Shown: positions 62,101-64,000 of the stretch, piece by piece
Numbering within the stretch: the stretch's first letter is position 1
Layout of the letters: every line of letters starts with the position of its first letter
DNA from: Mytilus edulis
Lineage: Eukaryota
Direction of reading: 5' to 3'
DNA length: 64,000 bases
Assembly: GCF_963676685.1 (NCBI RefSeq)
Contig: NC_092350.1
Span: 3,968,001 to 4,032,000, forward strand
Notes under the pieces: model-generated
What the model was told of the DNA's origin: nothing
What the model saw: only the letters and a program-made list of their open reading frames with translations
The model's database searches: none
Translations under genes and position numbers: made by a program

Positions 62101-64000
62101 CCTTCATAAACATTTTTATTCCTAATCACATAATTTCTATAGAACTCTAACTTACTGTTAATTATAAGATGAATTTTAACAAGTTATAAGACCACGGTGT
62201 GATCAGCTGTTTTAGATTTTTATCTTTATCTTATTTTTGTTTCGCCACATAGATTTCATATTGATATTTTATCGTTGAGTTATTGTAACACCTGTTTAAC
62301 AGTCTTTAATATTTATAATGGTTCATCTTTTAAATTTTGCCAGAATCAATGTATATCAATATTACCAGTATGTGTTTGAGCACCTGTTAAAAAATTACAT
62401 TGCATGCATTATATTATGTCATATATAACATTCTACTACATTGATAAAAAAACAATACCCATCACTAGTTCCCTAATACCTGTGGCATTTATAACAAAAA
62501 GATGATGTGCCATGATTGCCAATGAGACAACTCTCCACAAGAGACCAAATGACACAGAAATTAAAAGCTACAGGTTCCATACGGCTCTCAACAATTAGCA
62601 AAGCCAAAACCGCATAGTCTGAAATCACAAATGTAACACCATTCAAACGAGAAAACTAACGGCCTTATTAATGTTCAAAACTTGAACGGAAAACGAATAT
62701 ATATAACACAGCAACAATAGTGCGTACTATAGTGACTTCCTAATTACGAATTTCAGTTGATCTTAATAATGCACTGAGGGTAAAATATTTGAAAATTAAA
62801 ATAACATTTTTTTTTTAAATCTAGCGCGTCCGAAACGCTTTCTAGTTTTGCTAAAACCCTGAAATCCATAATTTTTTATGCGTGCGTTTTGTAGGTGAAA
62901 ACGAATGTGACCGTTTGTGTAAAATGTGTAGTGATAACTGTGTGGAAAACGAATTTCATTTCCTCATAGACTCTTACTTTTAAAATCTGCGACTGCAACA
63001 TTTCTCACAAATAGACAATTCATGTATACTATCAAACTAAGAACAGTTTCATATTTAGTATGTCAACATCCGAGAATAACTGCTAAATATCTATTGCAAG
63101 ATTTCAGTAAGAGAAAAATCTTTTTATATACAATTTGTTTGATAAAATCTATTTATTTTTGTTCGTTGTACAATTGACATTTATGTTTAAAGTGACTTAT
63201 AACCATAAATGGTCGGGTGTTATAATTATTGTTTTGAGATCCCACTGTATTACATAATATTTTGTGAAAAACACATGTCACTAAAATAAATAATTTACTT
63301 ACTTACTTACTTACATAACTGTTCAAAGAGAGAGGCACCACTACAATGTTCATATGATGAAGACATAATCTTTTAATCAATTTAATTGAGATCTGGAGCT
63401 GGCATGTCAGTAACTGCTATCTAGTAGCCCTTCGTTTATTTATGTTATGCATCATTGTAATTTTGCTTAGTGTCTTTCGATACCTATTCTGATATCTGAC
63501 TGGGACTTCTTTTAAACTGAGTTTTACTGTGCGTTTAGCTATGTGTTTGTTTATTCTACATTGACTATTGACTATAGGTATATTATAATATAATAGTGGG
63601 TTGAGATCTCACAAGACATGTTTAATATTGTTTGCACCTGTCCTAATTCAGGAATCTTGCGTTCAGTGATTTGCGTTTGTTTATGTATGTGGTTCATAAG
63701 TGTTCCTCATTTTTTATTTAGATAAGACCGTTGGTTTCCCCGTTCGAATGGTTCTACTCTAGTATTTGTTGGGGCCCTCTATAGCTTGCTGTTCAGTGTG
63801 AGCCCAGGCTACGTGTGGAAGACCGTGCCTTGACCTATTACTCAGATGGAGAGTTCTCTCATTGGTACTCATACGAAAATCTTCATATATCTATTAACCC
63901 CGCCGCATGTTTGCGACTGTCCCAAGTCAGCAGCCTCTTGCCTTTTTTTGTCTTGTATGTTTATTATTTTTTTTTCATTTATATGTTTAGGAGTCAATTT

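Overview
AT-rich, repeat-dense animal genomic DNA. The repeat families suggest a Mytilus-like bivalve (inference). Host genes: (1) one complete 4-exon fatty-acid-binding-protein (FABP/iLBP) gene on the minus strand (15195->9215, about 140 aa) that the ORF track misses, plus two decayed paralogues; (2) four intronless Toll-like receptor coding regions forming two head-to-head pairs created by a segmental duplication. Only TLR-C (38472-40976) is intact, and it has Leu instead of the conserved TIR BB-loop Pro. The remainder is mobile DNA: many ~355-bp hammerhead-ribozyme repeats (non-LTR retrozymes, at least two families); Penelope-like retroelements with an N-terminal GIY-YIG domain (Naiad-type); a CR1/L2-type LINE and an L1/Tx1-type LINE; TA-flanked TIR elements, one of them 6.56 kb and carrying a 427-bp satellite; several minisatellites. 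The most unusual element is a 440-bp unit bordered by (TA)n that combines a hammerhead-like core, an oligo(T) run and an internal tRNA-like Pol III promoter. All coordinates and alignments were read by eye; no database search or folding program was run.
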